Notes under the pieces: generated by a model
Databases searched by the model: none
Seen by the model: only the letters and a program-made list of their open reading frames with translations
What the model was told of the DNA's origin: nothing
Shown here: positions 1-9,803 of the stretch, in pieces
How positions within the stretch are numbered: the first letter of the stretch is position 1
Layout: each line of letters starts with the position of its first letter
DNA from: Basidiobolus meristosporus CBS 931.73
Taxonomy: Eukaryota > Fungi > Basidiobolomycota
Reading direction: 5' to 3'
NCBI GenBank assembly: GCA_002104905.1
Contig: MCFE01000039.1
Span: 1 to 64,000 of the forward strand
Length of the DNA stretch: 64,000 nt
Translations under genes and position numbers: made by a program

Positions 1-1237
1 CTTAAAGTTGCCCAAACAGCCTCAGACTTTGCACACATACTCTTGGGACTTCTTTGAGCCTATTTATGTGTTTGCTATGCCAAGACCATGTAAAAGTAAA
101 AGTACTACTTTACATTCAGTAAATGATTAAGTGGAAACTACATAATCTACTTGTTTTCCCAATCACTTCCAATATCTCCAAGACTTATACAGCAGTACAA
201 AGTCAGAGAAGCTTTGCCTAAGAATGGTACAAATAGGAGTGTCAAATAATGAGCAAATCCCAGGTAAATCAAATTATGACAATGTATTTGACTGGCCACA
301 AGTGCCTTGTTAGTATACAGCTCTTTAGCCTCATTTCCTAGGTATCTTTCAGTCAAGGTAGCTTAGACAGCTCATTATTGGAGTGGACAGTGCCCATCAA
401 ATAAGCACTAATTAGTGACAATAGTTTAAATGCAAAATGTTGTAAAATTGGTAATTATACTTGGATATTCACCCAGCTTTGTCACTTGGATCAGAGTTAA
501 CAAGTACTAGACAGACCCACCCAAGCTTCTTATTTGAATTTATTTAGAATTTTTTCAACAAAACTTTAGGTTAACAGAATCAAATATATGTCAAAGTTGT
601 CCAAACAGCCTGAAACTTGGTACACATGCTGTTGTTACCTTTTCAATTTGTCTTACATGTTTTCTTTGTCAATGATGTGTAAAAGTATCAATGTTACTTT
701 TACATTCAAGCAATCATCAAGTGGAAGACCATGTATTGACTTGTTCTTGCAATCACTTCCAATATCTCCAAGACTCTAGCATCACCAAAGAAGCTGAATA
801 GGATTCTGCTACAGATTTCTTGTATGAAATCTTGGGACTTCAATAAAACCTCTGTAAGGCTCACCTCTGTGTATATTTTCTAAGTTCTTGTTGGGCTGTA
901 TACCTTGAGATTACACCTAAATATTCACTTAACTTAGTCACTTAAATTCTAGTATAAAAGTCTTAGAGTGCTCAACTCAAATTCCTTGTCAAGGCTCAAT
1001 AATATTTCACCAAAATATTAGGTATGCACAATATTAAGAATAGACAGGCTGTTCAAAGAACCCCAAGCTTTAAATAAATGTTCTTGAGACCTTTTTAAGC
1101 ATTTTATATGTACATACTTTTCCAAGACCATGTAAAATTATAAATACTACTTTCACATTCTATGAATCATCAAGCAAGAGCCACATAGTCTACTTGTTCT
1201 CCCAATCACTTGCAATATCTTTGAGACTCTTGCAACA
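1..1237 (+). mobile_element. Three degenerate Copia family-A LTR remnants (about 1-194 partial, 438-784, 889-1237)
   Basis: Each shares blocks (gtccaaacagcc, gccaagaccatgtaaa, atcacttccaatatctccaagact) with the 349-bp LTR at 36463-36811. 889-1237 is TGTTG...CAACA and exactly 349 bp. Confidence 0.85.
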
Positions 1238-1682
1238 AGTTAGTGGAGTATGGTGGTAAGTTAAGGGCGAAACAATGAAATCAACTTAATGGATTCACCA
1301 AGTAATGAATAGAGTTATATACACATATGATAAGGCTCCATATAATATTTCTGATTTGGAATGAAATCACTTATTTGTTGAATCGAGGCAAAAGACACGC
1401 TGCATCAACATTTTCCTTGTGCACTTCATTGAATCAGAAGTAATGTCATAAGGACTCCAATGTAGCACTAATGATCAATAGTTTATGGAATTCACCACAT
1501 GCCCTGAATCAAAAAACCTCCTTCATTGCGCCAATCCCCATCGGATGGTCAACCACCCAAGATCAACATCTTAGGGCAAATGTGCTATTTATTGGGAGCG
1601 ACCCCTACCAAGGGCCAAGCTTACCACATGTTGTGATACAATAGGAGGAGCTTTAGGACTCGTTTCCTCTTACATAAGAGAC

Positions 1683-2825
1683 TTATTCATACTGACGGCC
1701 GGATCGAGAACGAGGATAGTTCTGTTGTCCATTTCTACGGGGAACACCTCTCTCGTACTCATCGTGGTCAAGCTCATCTTGCTCGTATTGGCGCCCATAG
1801 CGAGTACGAGGGTAGTTCTGTTGTCCATTTCTACGAGAAATGCCTCCCTCATACTCGTTGTCAAGTTCATCTTGCTCGTATTGGCGCCCATAGCGAGAAC
1901 GAGGATAGTTCTGTTGTCCATTTCTACGGGAAACACCTCTCTCGTACTCATCGTTGTCCAGCTCATCCTGCTCATATTGGTGCCCATAGCGAGAACGAGG
2001 ATAGTTCTGTTGTCCGTTTCTTCCTAAGAATCCTCTCTCGTACTCAGTGTCAGACTCATCTTGCTCATATTGGCGTCCTAAGTGAGAACGGGGGTAGTTC
2101 TGTTGTCCATTTCTACGAGAAATGCCTCCCTCATACTCGTTGTCAAGTTCATCTTGGCGAGAACGGGGGTATTTCTGATGTCTGTTTCTGCCTACGAGTC
2201 CTCTCTCATATTCATCTCGCTCATACTGGCGACCGAAGCGGGAATGGGGATAGTTTTGCTGGCCACTTCTTCCTCTTTGATACTCGTTGTCATAATCATC
2301 CTGGTCATACTGACGCCCATAGCGAGAGCGAGGATAGTTTTGTGGACCATTTCTGCGGGAATCGTACTCATCATCCTCCTCATACTGGCGGCCAAAGCGA
2401 GAACGGGGGTAGTTTTGCTGGTCGTTTCTTCCTCTTTGGTACTCGTTGTCATACTCATCTTGCTCATACTGACGACCAAAGCGATAGCGAGGATAGTGTT
2501 GCTGACCATTTCTGCGGGAAAGACCCCTCTCATACTCATTGTCGAGCTCGTCTTGCTCATACTGACGACCAAAACGCGGGCGAGGATAGTTTTGAAGACC
2601 ATCTCTACGAGTAACGCCTCTTTGGTACTCATCATCATACTCACCTCGCTCGTATTTGCGGCCAAAGTGGGAACGAGGGTAGTTTTGCCTACTATCGTTG
2701 CCATACTCATCTTGCTCATACTGACGTTCATAGCGAGAGTGAGGGTAGTTCTGTTGGTTATTTTTACCGGTCAAGCCATTTTGGTATTCACCGTCAAATT
2801 CAAGATGTTGTCTGTTGGAAGCCAT
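1683..2825 (-). CDS. Intronless 380-aa tandem-repeat protein (13 units, consensus QNYPRSR[FY]GRQYEQDE[LY]DNEYERGxSRRNGQ); no signal peptide; function unknown
   Basis: Open ORF with in-frame 25-32-aa repeats; TATAAAAA on the minus strand at 2884-2891; no ATG between the TATA box and 2825. Confidence 0.8.
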   Translation of the reverse strand: MASNRQHLEFDGEYQNGLTGKNNQQNYPHSRYERQYEQDEYGNDSRQNYPRSHFGRKYERGEYDDEYQRGVTRRDGLQNYPRPRFGRQYEQDELDNEYERGLSRRNGQQHYPRYRFGRQYEQDEYDNEYQRGRNDQQNYPRSRFGRQYEEDDEYDSRRNGPQNYPRSRYGRQYDQDDYDNEYQRGRSGQQNYPHSRFGRQYERDEYERGLVGRNRHQKYPRSRQDELDNEYEGGISRRNGQQNYPRSHLGRQYEQDESDTEYERGFLGRNGQQNYPRSRYGHQYEQDELDNDEYERGVSRRNGQQNYPRSRYGRQYEQDELDNEYEGGISRRNGQQNYPRTRYGRQYEQDELDHDEYERGVPRRNGQQNYPRSRSGRQYE

Positions 2826-2883
2826 GTTGCAAATGTGTTGCGAAAATCGTCAGTTGATGACAAGTAGAGTCACCAAGATGGAC

Positions 2884-2891
2884 TTTTTATA
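2884..2891 (-). promoter_or_regulatory. TATA box of the repeat-protein gene
   Basis: tttttata on + equals TATAAAAA on -, about 60 nt upstream of the ATG at 2825. Confidence 0.55.
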
Positions 2892-3596
2892 CCGAGAATG
2901 AGCCTTAGAGGTAAGTAGTTGAGCAGAATATCTAAGCCACTTTGACCAGTGGCATTTTCAAGCCAAATTTCCAACAAACCGTAAATTCTATCACGTAATT
3001 ATCAACTGAGTGGTGCACATCATGGTGGCTTGATTAGAAGGAAATTTATGGCATGAACTCTGAATGATCGCCTTTTTAGTGACTAGCACACCCATCCAAT
3101 TGATATATACTGATGTAAATCATCGGTTAGGTACCATTGCTTGGTTTTTTTGTACTTTGCAAATACCGTGTGCGATACATATCTATCAATGGCTTTTTCT
3201 AAACCCAAAATTCACCAATGCAAGGAATCCATCAATTCATGTCAACCCCCCCATCAGCCGGAACTAAGATTTCTTGGCTCAAAGCACAACTCGCCTTCGG
3301 CCTTGACTATTGCTGGCCCTTCGTGGTTGTTAGAGACTTGATGTTGATTATGACAACGCTTACATCCAAAATATATTGATGATGTAATATTGTCGGGATG
3401 AGATTATTGTCTATCCCGTCCTCACTACCGTCCTCACTACACTTATTTGGATAGCGAAATATAAGATTATTGGAGGAATTTGCAAGCATAAACAAATGGT
3501 TGATTACATCTGACTAAAAAGGCAGCATGTGCGAGCATTAATCAGGATAAGATTTAGTATAAATTCTGGGTTCGAGTGCAAGGTTTGTCAATCAAA

Positions 3597-4199
3597 ATGA
3601 ACTTGGCTATTCTTGTGTTTATATCCATACTGCTCGCATTTGCGAATGCTCAGTTTTTCGATGAGGATTTACGACGTGAAGGCTACGACATCCCGGTTTC
3701 TCCCAGTCAGCCGCTCTACCGCGATAGCTTGAGGTTTGCCAGAAGGAAGGTGTGCAAGTACAACCCAGGTGCCAAGCCTACTACGCACACCACGAAGACT
3801 TCCCAAACAACTACCAGGACGACAAAGACAACCTCCAGGACCACGAAGACAACCACCAGAACCACGAAGACAACTACAAGGACCACAGAAACAACTGCAA
3901 GAACCACAAAGACCACTACCAGGACTACTTCCACCAAATCTACCAGGACTACTCACAAGCCTAGCCAAACAACAGAAACCCCAACCGAAACACCATCGTG
4001 TCCAGTGCCAGGTGGGCCATGTCATGTCAACGAGCTTCGCTGCAGTGGCTATGCCTATGCTCAGTGTAACCTTGGTCGTTGGACCTTGAGAGACTGCTCC
4101 AAAGATGGATCGATGATCTGTGTCGAGGCTGGAGCAAGTTTATTCTGCGGCCCTTCCCGCAATTATGTTCTTAGAGGTTGTTCAGGAGTTCCCAAATAG
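3597..4199 (+). CDS. Secreted protein: signal peptide, Thr/Arg/Lys-rich 7-aa-repeat stalk, C-terminal Cys-rich CBM19-like (chitin-binding) module
   Basis: MNLAILVFISILLAFANAQ signal; about six TTRTTKT-type repeats; CPVPGGPC...RCSG...QCNLGRW...C...C pattern resembles fungal CBM19; TATAAA at 3558-3563. Confidence 0.75.
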   Translation: MNLAILVFISILLAFANAQFFDEDLRREGYDIPVSPSQPLYRDSLRFARRKVCKYNPGAKPTTHTTKTSQTTTRTTKTTSRTTKTTTRTTKTTTRTTETTARTTKTTTRTTSTKSTRTTHKPSQTTETPTETPSCPVPGGPCHVNELRCSGYAYAQCNLGRWTLRDCSKDGSMICVEAGASLFCGPSRNYVLRGCSGVPK

Positions 4200-4359
4200 C
4201 TTATTATATTTTAGAGTAAATATGTACATAATCATCGATTACATATTGTGGAGCGAGAATTTCCCAGGTTGGGTCTCCGCAGTTAGATGTGGGCCAATCA
4301 ATATTCACGAAAATATATAAACATGAGGTCCTAGTTGAGCAGCATTTATTGTTTAGAAT

Positions 4360-5626
4360 ATGTGTGGAAGAATAGTCCTGTCACAGGTACGCGAATATCA
4401 AGTTTCTTTTCCAGGTAACGCATTTAAACGGGCTTTCTTGCCTCTGTTTTCTAGAACCCCGAGACTATACAGAACAACTTGCATATCCAGCGATGGCAAG
4501 GACGAGAGCAGTTCCGGCCCAGGTTTTATTGACCTAGTATTCTTGCGAAGACTAGCCCGTATTAAATGTCTGGTTCAGTTTCAACGTAGCACCAACCAGT
4601 AACTGCCCGATCATTGCAGTAGAGCGTACAACAGAACCGCAACAAAATCCCGGTGGAGAACCGGTGTTGATCTCAATGGTACAGAGTATCGAGCCTAAGC
4701 AATGAAACCACCTTCTCATGAAATTTCCTAGAAATGGGGTTTATCGTCTCCCTATATGAGCCACCAACCGATTAACATTCGTAGCGACAACAAAGGTTTG
4801 AAAATGCAAAAGAGATGCATAGTACTGACCGAAGGGTACGCCGGACTCAAATTTGTAAACTTGGTGGAAAGGAAGAGTAACCAATCTTGTTGGTCTAAAT
4901 TCAGGTTCTACGAATGGTACAGAAAGGGCAGCCTACGACAACCGTACTACATTTTTAGAGAGGGCTCCCCTTATGTTCTTATGGCAGGAGTTTATGAACA
5001 ACAAACGGGCGCGAATGGTATTGCCAATACCTTACACCAAGAGTTATTGCCGGACACGCCATGTCATTAACAGCGAGTTGAATTTCAGGCGATCAACAGT
5101 TCACTTTCGCTGTTGTTACTACGGATGCTTCCAAGCCAATGACCGCTTTACATCATCGGATGCCAGTAATTTTCTCCTCACTTTCTTCGCCAGAGGCGCA
5201 ACTATGGTTGAACCCAGAGAACAAATGGAGCCAAGAGTATGAGGATCTTCTAAAGCCTTTTGAAGAAGACCTTACATGGTAGCTTCATCTATTCTATCAA
5301 GTGTGCGCATGTCTTCTCATGGAAAGCATTTTGAAAGGTACAAAGTGTCTCAAGAGGTCAACAAGGTCTCAAACGACTCCAAGAGATGCATCGAAAAATT
5401 AGAGGATAGTAAGATGAACATCAAGAATTTCATGCACCGAAAGGAGCCCCTCCCGAGCGATGACCAGGTAAAGAAAGAGCCCGCTCGTGACGAAAAGGTA
5501 CCAGTACCAGTGCAGCAGGATCAAAAGCCACCGCTCAAAAGTGTCAAGCGTAGCCTTGTCTCGACTCAACCAGAAACAGAAAAGAAGAAGTCGCAGAAGA
5601 TCACGCACTTTTTCCAAGCAAAATAG
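4360..5626 (+). CDS. HMCES: SRAP-domain abasic-site processing protein (HMCES/YedK family), spliced
   Basis: N-terminal MCGR; after splicing RPSFNVAP, MKWGL, GFYEW, LHHRMPVI and WYKVSQEVN; Lys-rich tail ending in IxxFF. Confidence 0.93.
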
Positions 5627-5697
5627 TTTATTTGAATCTAAGGTTTCGGAGCCAAGGTTTCGAGCATTTGCAGCCAATATCAATAAATCAATGCCAC

Positions 5698-6520
5698 TTA
5701 AGCTGTCCAAAGCTTTATGACCGTTTCGGTGAGACCTATGTCATTTGTGTTGAGCTCGTAGCAACCATACATCGCCCCAGCGGTGGCTAGTCGCAGGCCT
5801 ATGACGGAAGCACGGTTGGCTCTTGGGAATTTGCGTTTGGGGAAATAGTCCTGAATCATGGCACCAAAGCCCATATGGCAATGAATGGGAAGTATAAATC
5901 CTAGTGCAAAGTCAACCATAGGATGTGAGCCGAACGCGCAAGGATAAGTGAGTAAAGGAAGCAAAGAGATTGAGACAGCTCTTTCGAAAACCCAATGAAA
6001 GGAACCATGCAAGTAGTCGGGTGGGTAAACGGTGATCCCATCTGAAAAGGAACAAGTTAGGCTTTTGACAACCGAGGGCAGCAAATATCCACGAAAGGTC
6101 GTTACCAGCATTCTTATAAGGGACTAGAAGTTGACGAAAAGTTGGGAGCCAAGTTAGTTTTCGTGTAGTTTTAACAGATGGGTCCTGGCAATTTACCTGG
6201 CTTCACGAATTCTACGGGCTCATTCGAAGAGTCGGTATTGGTGGCTTCAGTAACACTTGCTTGCTTGCTTTCGGTAACCGCCTTGGCTGCATCGGCCACG
6301 ACTTTGACTTCTTCGGTAGGTTTCTTCTCGTTCCAAAGTGAGCGGGCTGTTAGGATCAAAAAAGAATGGAATTAAGATATTTGAACGAGGCAACTGGTAA
6401 ATAGACAAGGCAGCGTATATTACCAGTATGGAACGGTGCAAGCTTGTATAAACTTGGCTGGGTGCCGGTGACTCTTACAGAGCGCAGGGCTTGGCAACCT
6501 AAAAGCCTTCTAACAGACAT
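5698..6520 (-). CDS. SDH4: Succinate dehydrogenase cytochrome b small subunit (CybS), 3 introns, mitochondrial presequence
   Basis: GSFHWVFERAVS and IHCHMGFGAMIQDYFP motifs; ATG at 6520 (MSVRRLLGCQALRSVR...); GT-AG introns restore one frame. Confidence 0.93.
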
Positions 6521-6639
6521 GATTTTTGATAATCATGTTAATAACCACCAAGTATCACTTTTTATTCACTAAATTTTGCGTTTCAGGTAATAATCTGGGG
6601 GAGAGATGAAGTCAAGAGGGGATAGGATCGAACTCACGA

Positions 6640-7060
6640 AATTCCAAATCTGGTATTCATCAATCCGTAGGTTGGTAAGAGATTTTGGACGTCTGTACCT
6701 GTTTGCCTCACGACACGTACTCTCCTTCTGAACCTTAGCCCCACGGATTAGCTTCACGTCAAAACTCCACAATCTTAAGGTTTCGGCTAAACCTCGTTCG
6801 AAGAAGCATCCCACATGGTTCTCTCGTTGTACGTTGAGCTTGCGTGTGAATTTTCTACCAGACGCCCCAACAAGTAGGCACAACCGGGAGAGTTTCTTGT
6901 CGTTTTGTTTACTCTATTCGGGTTGGTTGGTGCTTCCCCGTCACCAAACGTTGCATGCTGTTGTTCTTCTTTGGGATGCTCGCAACCCTTAACGGCTACG
7001 TTCGGTATGTTGGTAGAAGCGGCAGTCTGAATAACAACATTGCTCCCCAACGATAATTGA
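6640..7060 (-). pseudogene. Decayed partial duplicate of the RCC1 region of the adjacent F-box gene
   Basis: 6720-7050 aligns by eye with 7400-7800 (e.g. gtgaattttctaccagacgcccca vs gtgaatttcctaccagatgcccca), with indels and frameshifts. Confidence 0.7.
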
Positions 7061-7191
7061 TATATATGCATCAGTCTGGCAAGGCCCAAAAAGTTAAGCG
7101 GTAGAATATTTACGTTTCTGTACAGTTATGGGACATTTTATTACCAGAATGTACGGCAGGTGGATAGAAAATTTCAAAAGCTAGTGCAACA

Positions 7192-8587
7192 TCATATACC
7201 AAATTGCTGTATCCATTTCCAAAAGGACTTGGCTATAGTTGAAGTTGAGGGTTCTTTTTGCTTCAGAGGAACTGCCAACGCCGCTGAATGCCAACCAGCG
7301 AAAGAGATACTAAATATGTAATAGCCTGCTAGGCTCGGCACCTGGGTTGGACATTTCACCTCACGATGCATACTCCCTTGTCCTAAAGCTCCACCCGATG
7401 CTTGGCCCCACGTATATAGCTTGCCGTCATTCGTCAGAGCTCCAAAATGCCAATCGCCAAAGGTGACTTGGTTCACTCCACAATCCTGAAGCTCGGGATA
7501 AACCTCCTCATTCCCAGAACCATCCCATATGGCCACCTTCCCATCCTCATTGAACGCCGCAAACCGACGGAATGCTGAGCTGATATGAGTGAATTTCCTA
7601 CCAGATGCCCCATCAAATAGGCACAGTCTGGAGAGATTCTCTTCACTTGTCGATTTATATATTCTGCCCAGGTTGGTCAGTGCAATGGTAAAGGCTTCTC
7701 CTCCACCAATCATGACATACTGTTCTTGTTCTTGCTTTGTGGGATCGTTCGCAACCTCTCCCTCGAAAATCACGCTCGGTGTGGTGGAATGCCAGGAATA
7801 GACTCGGCCGTCCTTGGCTAAGGCTAGGGAATGGGACCAGCCTGCAGCAATCTGGACAATTTTGCTAACACACGGCAGGTTAATGTGCCGTACCTTGTTC
7901 AATGTTCTCCATTGATAAACTTGGCCTATTCAAATGGATGTTAGAGTAGGGGAACATGTTTACTGAGTTCATAACACCTCTACCATTGTCAGTCAGAGCC
8001 AAACTGTGCGCTCTTCCAGAGGCGATGGCTTTTACTTTTTTTCCCCGTAGTCCCTCAACCTGCACTGGCTCCTCATGAATAAACCCTGGTCCAGTTTGCA
8101 GTGCTCTGTAGAAATCCGCCGGGGTAGTGATGGAATCGACGTCGAAATCGTCGGCATTTGTGTGCAAAGTGGCTTCAGGATTCATCGTGCCCCAAGTCCA
8201 AACCTCCCCTTGTTTGGTCAAAGCGGTCATTGACCAACCGCCGCACGCTATTTGAACAACTCCTTTACCATTCATAGATTCTACCATCCTGGGTCCTGTG
8301 TTGTAGAGGTCAACCTCACGGCCCAGACGACCCTGGCTAGGATCGCCCCACGTGAAAATAGAAGGGTTGATTAAAGCTTTATACAATGTTTTCCAACCGA
8401 GCAGACGAAACGTTTGTGTTGGGGAGATGTTGAAATCAGTGTAGCAACGCTGCTTCCAGAGCGTCTCATTTTCCACCAGAGTGTGGAGTTCTCTGCACGC
8501 CAAACCCAAGTTCGTAAGCTCGGCGATAGAAAGGTAGTCTACGATCCCTTCCAGCACCTCCTGCGGTAAAAGGAGTAGAGTGACCAT
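7192..8587 (-). CDS. F-box + RCC1-repeat protein (SCF-associated factor Saf1/Pof9-like); one 58-nt intron at 7983-7926
   Basis: LLLLPQEVLEGIVDYL F-box; IFTWG...GRLG, QIACGGWS, AIASGRAHSLAL, FGDWHFGALTNDGKLYTWG RCC1 repeats. Confidence 0.88.
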
Positions 8588-8808
8588 GTTCGCTTGCCTG
8601 GTGTCGTTGATTCAGCGTTAATGTGACGGTAGTTGTCGATATATGCGCATTTGAGACATGCTATTAAATCTGGGTTATTGATCGCTACTCTCCATCGTCT
8701 TTTTCGGCGTTTCCTATTGGTTACGTCAACAAATCTTGGCTTAGGTGTGGAATGTGCAAGCGGGCTTAAAGCACTTCTCAGACTACTCTACATTCCAGTA
8801 CTTTCAAC

Positions 8809-9714
8809 ATGGGGGTAAGCCATTTCCTTTACGAGCGGGTGGGACCGAGGTTTTTACTTACCACGTGGGGTCTAGATTAATTACATGTTATTGGTAAGCC
8901 GTCAAGGCAAAGTTCGCCTGACCAAATGGTTCGTCACCCTGTCCCAAAAAGAAAAGACCAAGATTGTCAAGGACGTATCACAGATGGTACTTGCTCGTAG
9001 AGCCAAGATGTGCAACTTCTTAGAATACAAAGGTGCTTGTTGGATAGTTGGAGTAACTTGAGGAGATGTGTTTTTTAATGTTTTCTGTTTGTTTGTTGAT
9101 AGATACGAAAGTGGTATACAGAAGGTAGATATCTTATCCCGGGCGAGGAGACGTTTGCGCAGCACTAACCCGCGAATTTTTGTGCCTCTTCTTCTGCTGA
9201 CCCTAGATATGCCAGTCTGTTCTTCATCGCTGGCATCGACCAAGACGATAACGAACTCATCACACTCGAGATCATTCACCGTTATGTGGAAATCCTTGAC
9301 AAATATTTCGGCAACGTAAGTACCCACAACACTTCTGAGATATCGTGAGTGTTCACTCAGACCCTCCATTTTGTTTAGGTTTGCGAATTGGATTTGATCT
9401 TCAACTTCAACAAGGTAACCCCCCCCCCCCATTTGGACCACTTGCACATGCACATTCAACACTCACACCGCTTATTCCAGGCCTATTTCATCCTGGACGA
9501 GCTACTTATAGTCGGAGAGCTTCAGGAATCCAGTAAGAAGTCGGTTCTGAGAATCATTGGACAACAAGACTCCATTGAGGATACTGAGAACGAGAAGCTC
9601 GAAAAGAAGTGGAGTGACCTGAAGTACGTACAATGCTCCACCTTTACTCTCTTGAACTCACCTAACCTAACTCTGCTCCCCAGAAACGAATTCATCGAGA
9701 CATTTACTTCCTAA
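8809..9714 (+). CDS. APS1: AP-1 adaptor complex sigma subunit, multi-exon
   Basis: Spliced MG|[36 protein letters not shown]|[30 protein letters not shown]. Confidence 0.93.
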
Positions 9715-9803
9715 TATCACTTCCATAATGACGGCTACAAATGAATAAACCATCATCCACTATCCAACTGATTACCGAGGTTTTTACTAAAAATTACATG
9801 GGA

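Noticed and set aside
1683-2825. Repeat array as CRISPR or satellite
   Set aside because: Unit lengths vary in multiples of three and stay in frame, there are no unique spacers or cas genes, and the context is eukaryotic.
1725-2867. Long hydrophobic + strand ORFs (1725-2027, 2082-2867) that look like membrane proteins
   Set aside because: Antisense shadows of the repeat protein; complementary codons of Arg/Gln/Glu/Tyr repeats give Leu/Val/Ile runs, and the promoter signal favours the minus strand.
3567-3578. GGTTCGAGTGC resembling a tRNA B-box
   Set aside because: No cloverleaf or A-box could be built; it lies between a TATA box and an ATG.
3669-4089. Alternative-frame ORFs over the Thr-rich stalk (poly-Val, Gly/Cys-rich, Pro/Gln-rich)
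   Set aside because: Frame shadows of the 21-nt repeats.
7880-7990. Apparent frameshift between the F-box ORF and the RCC1 ORF
   Set aside because: Resolved by a 58-nt GT-AG intron (7983-7926) with a ctaac branch site.
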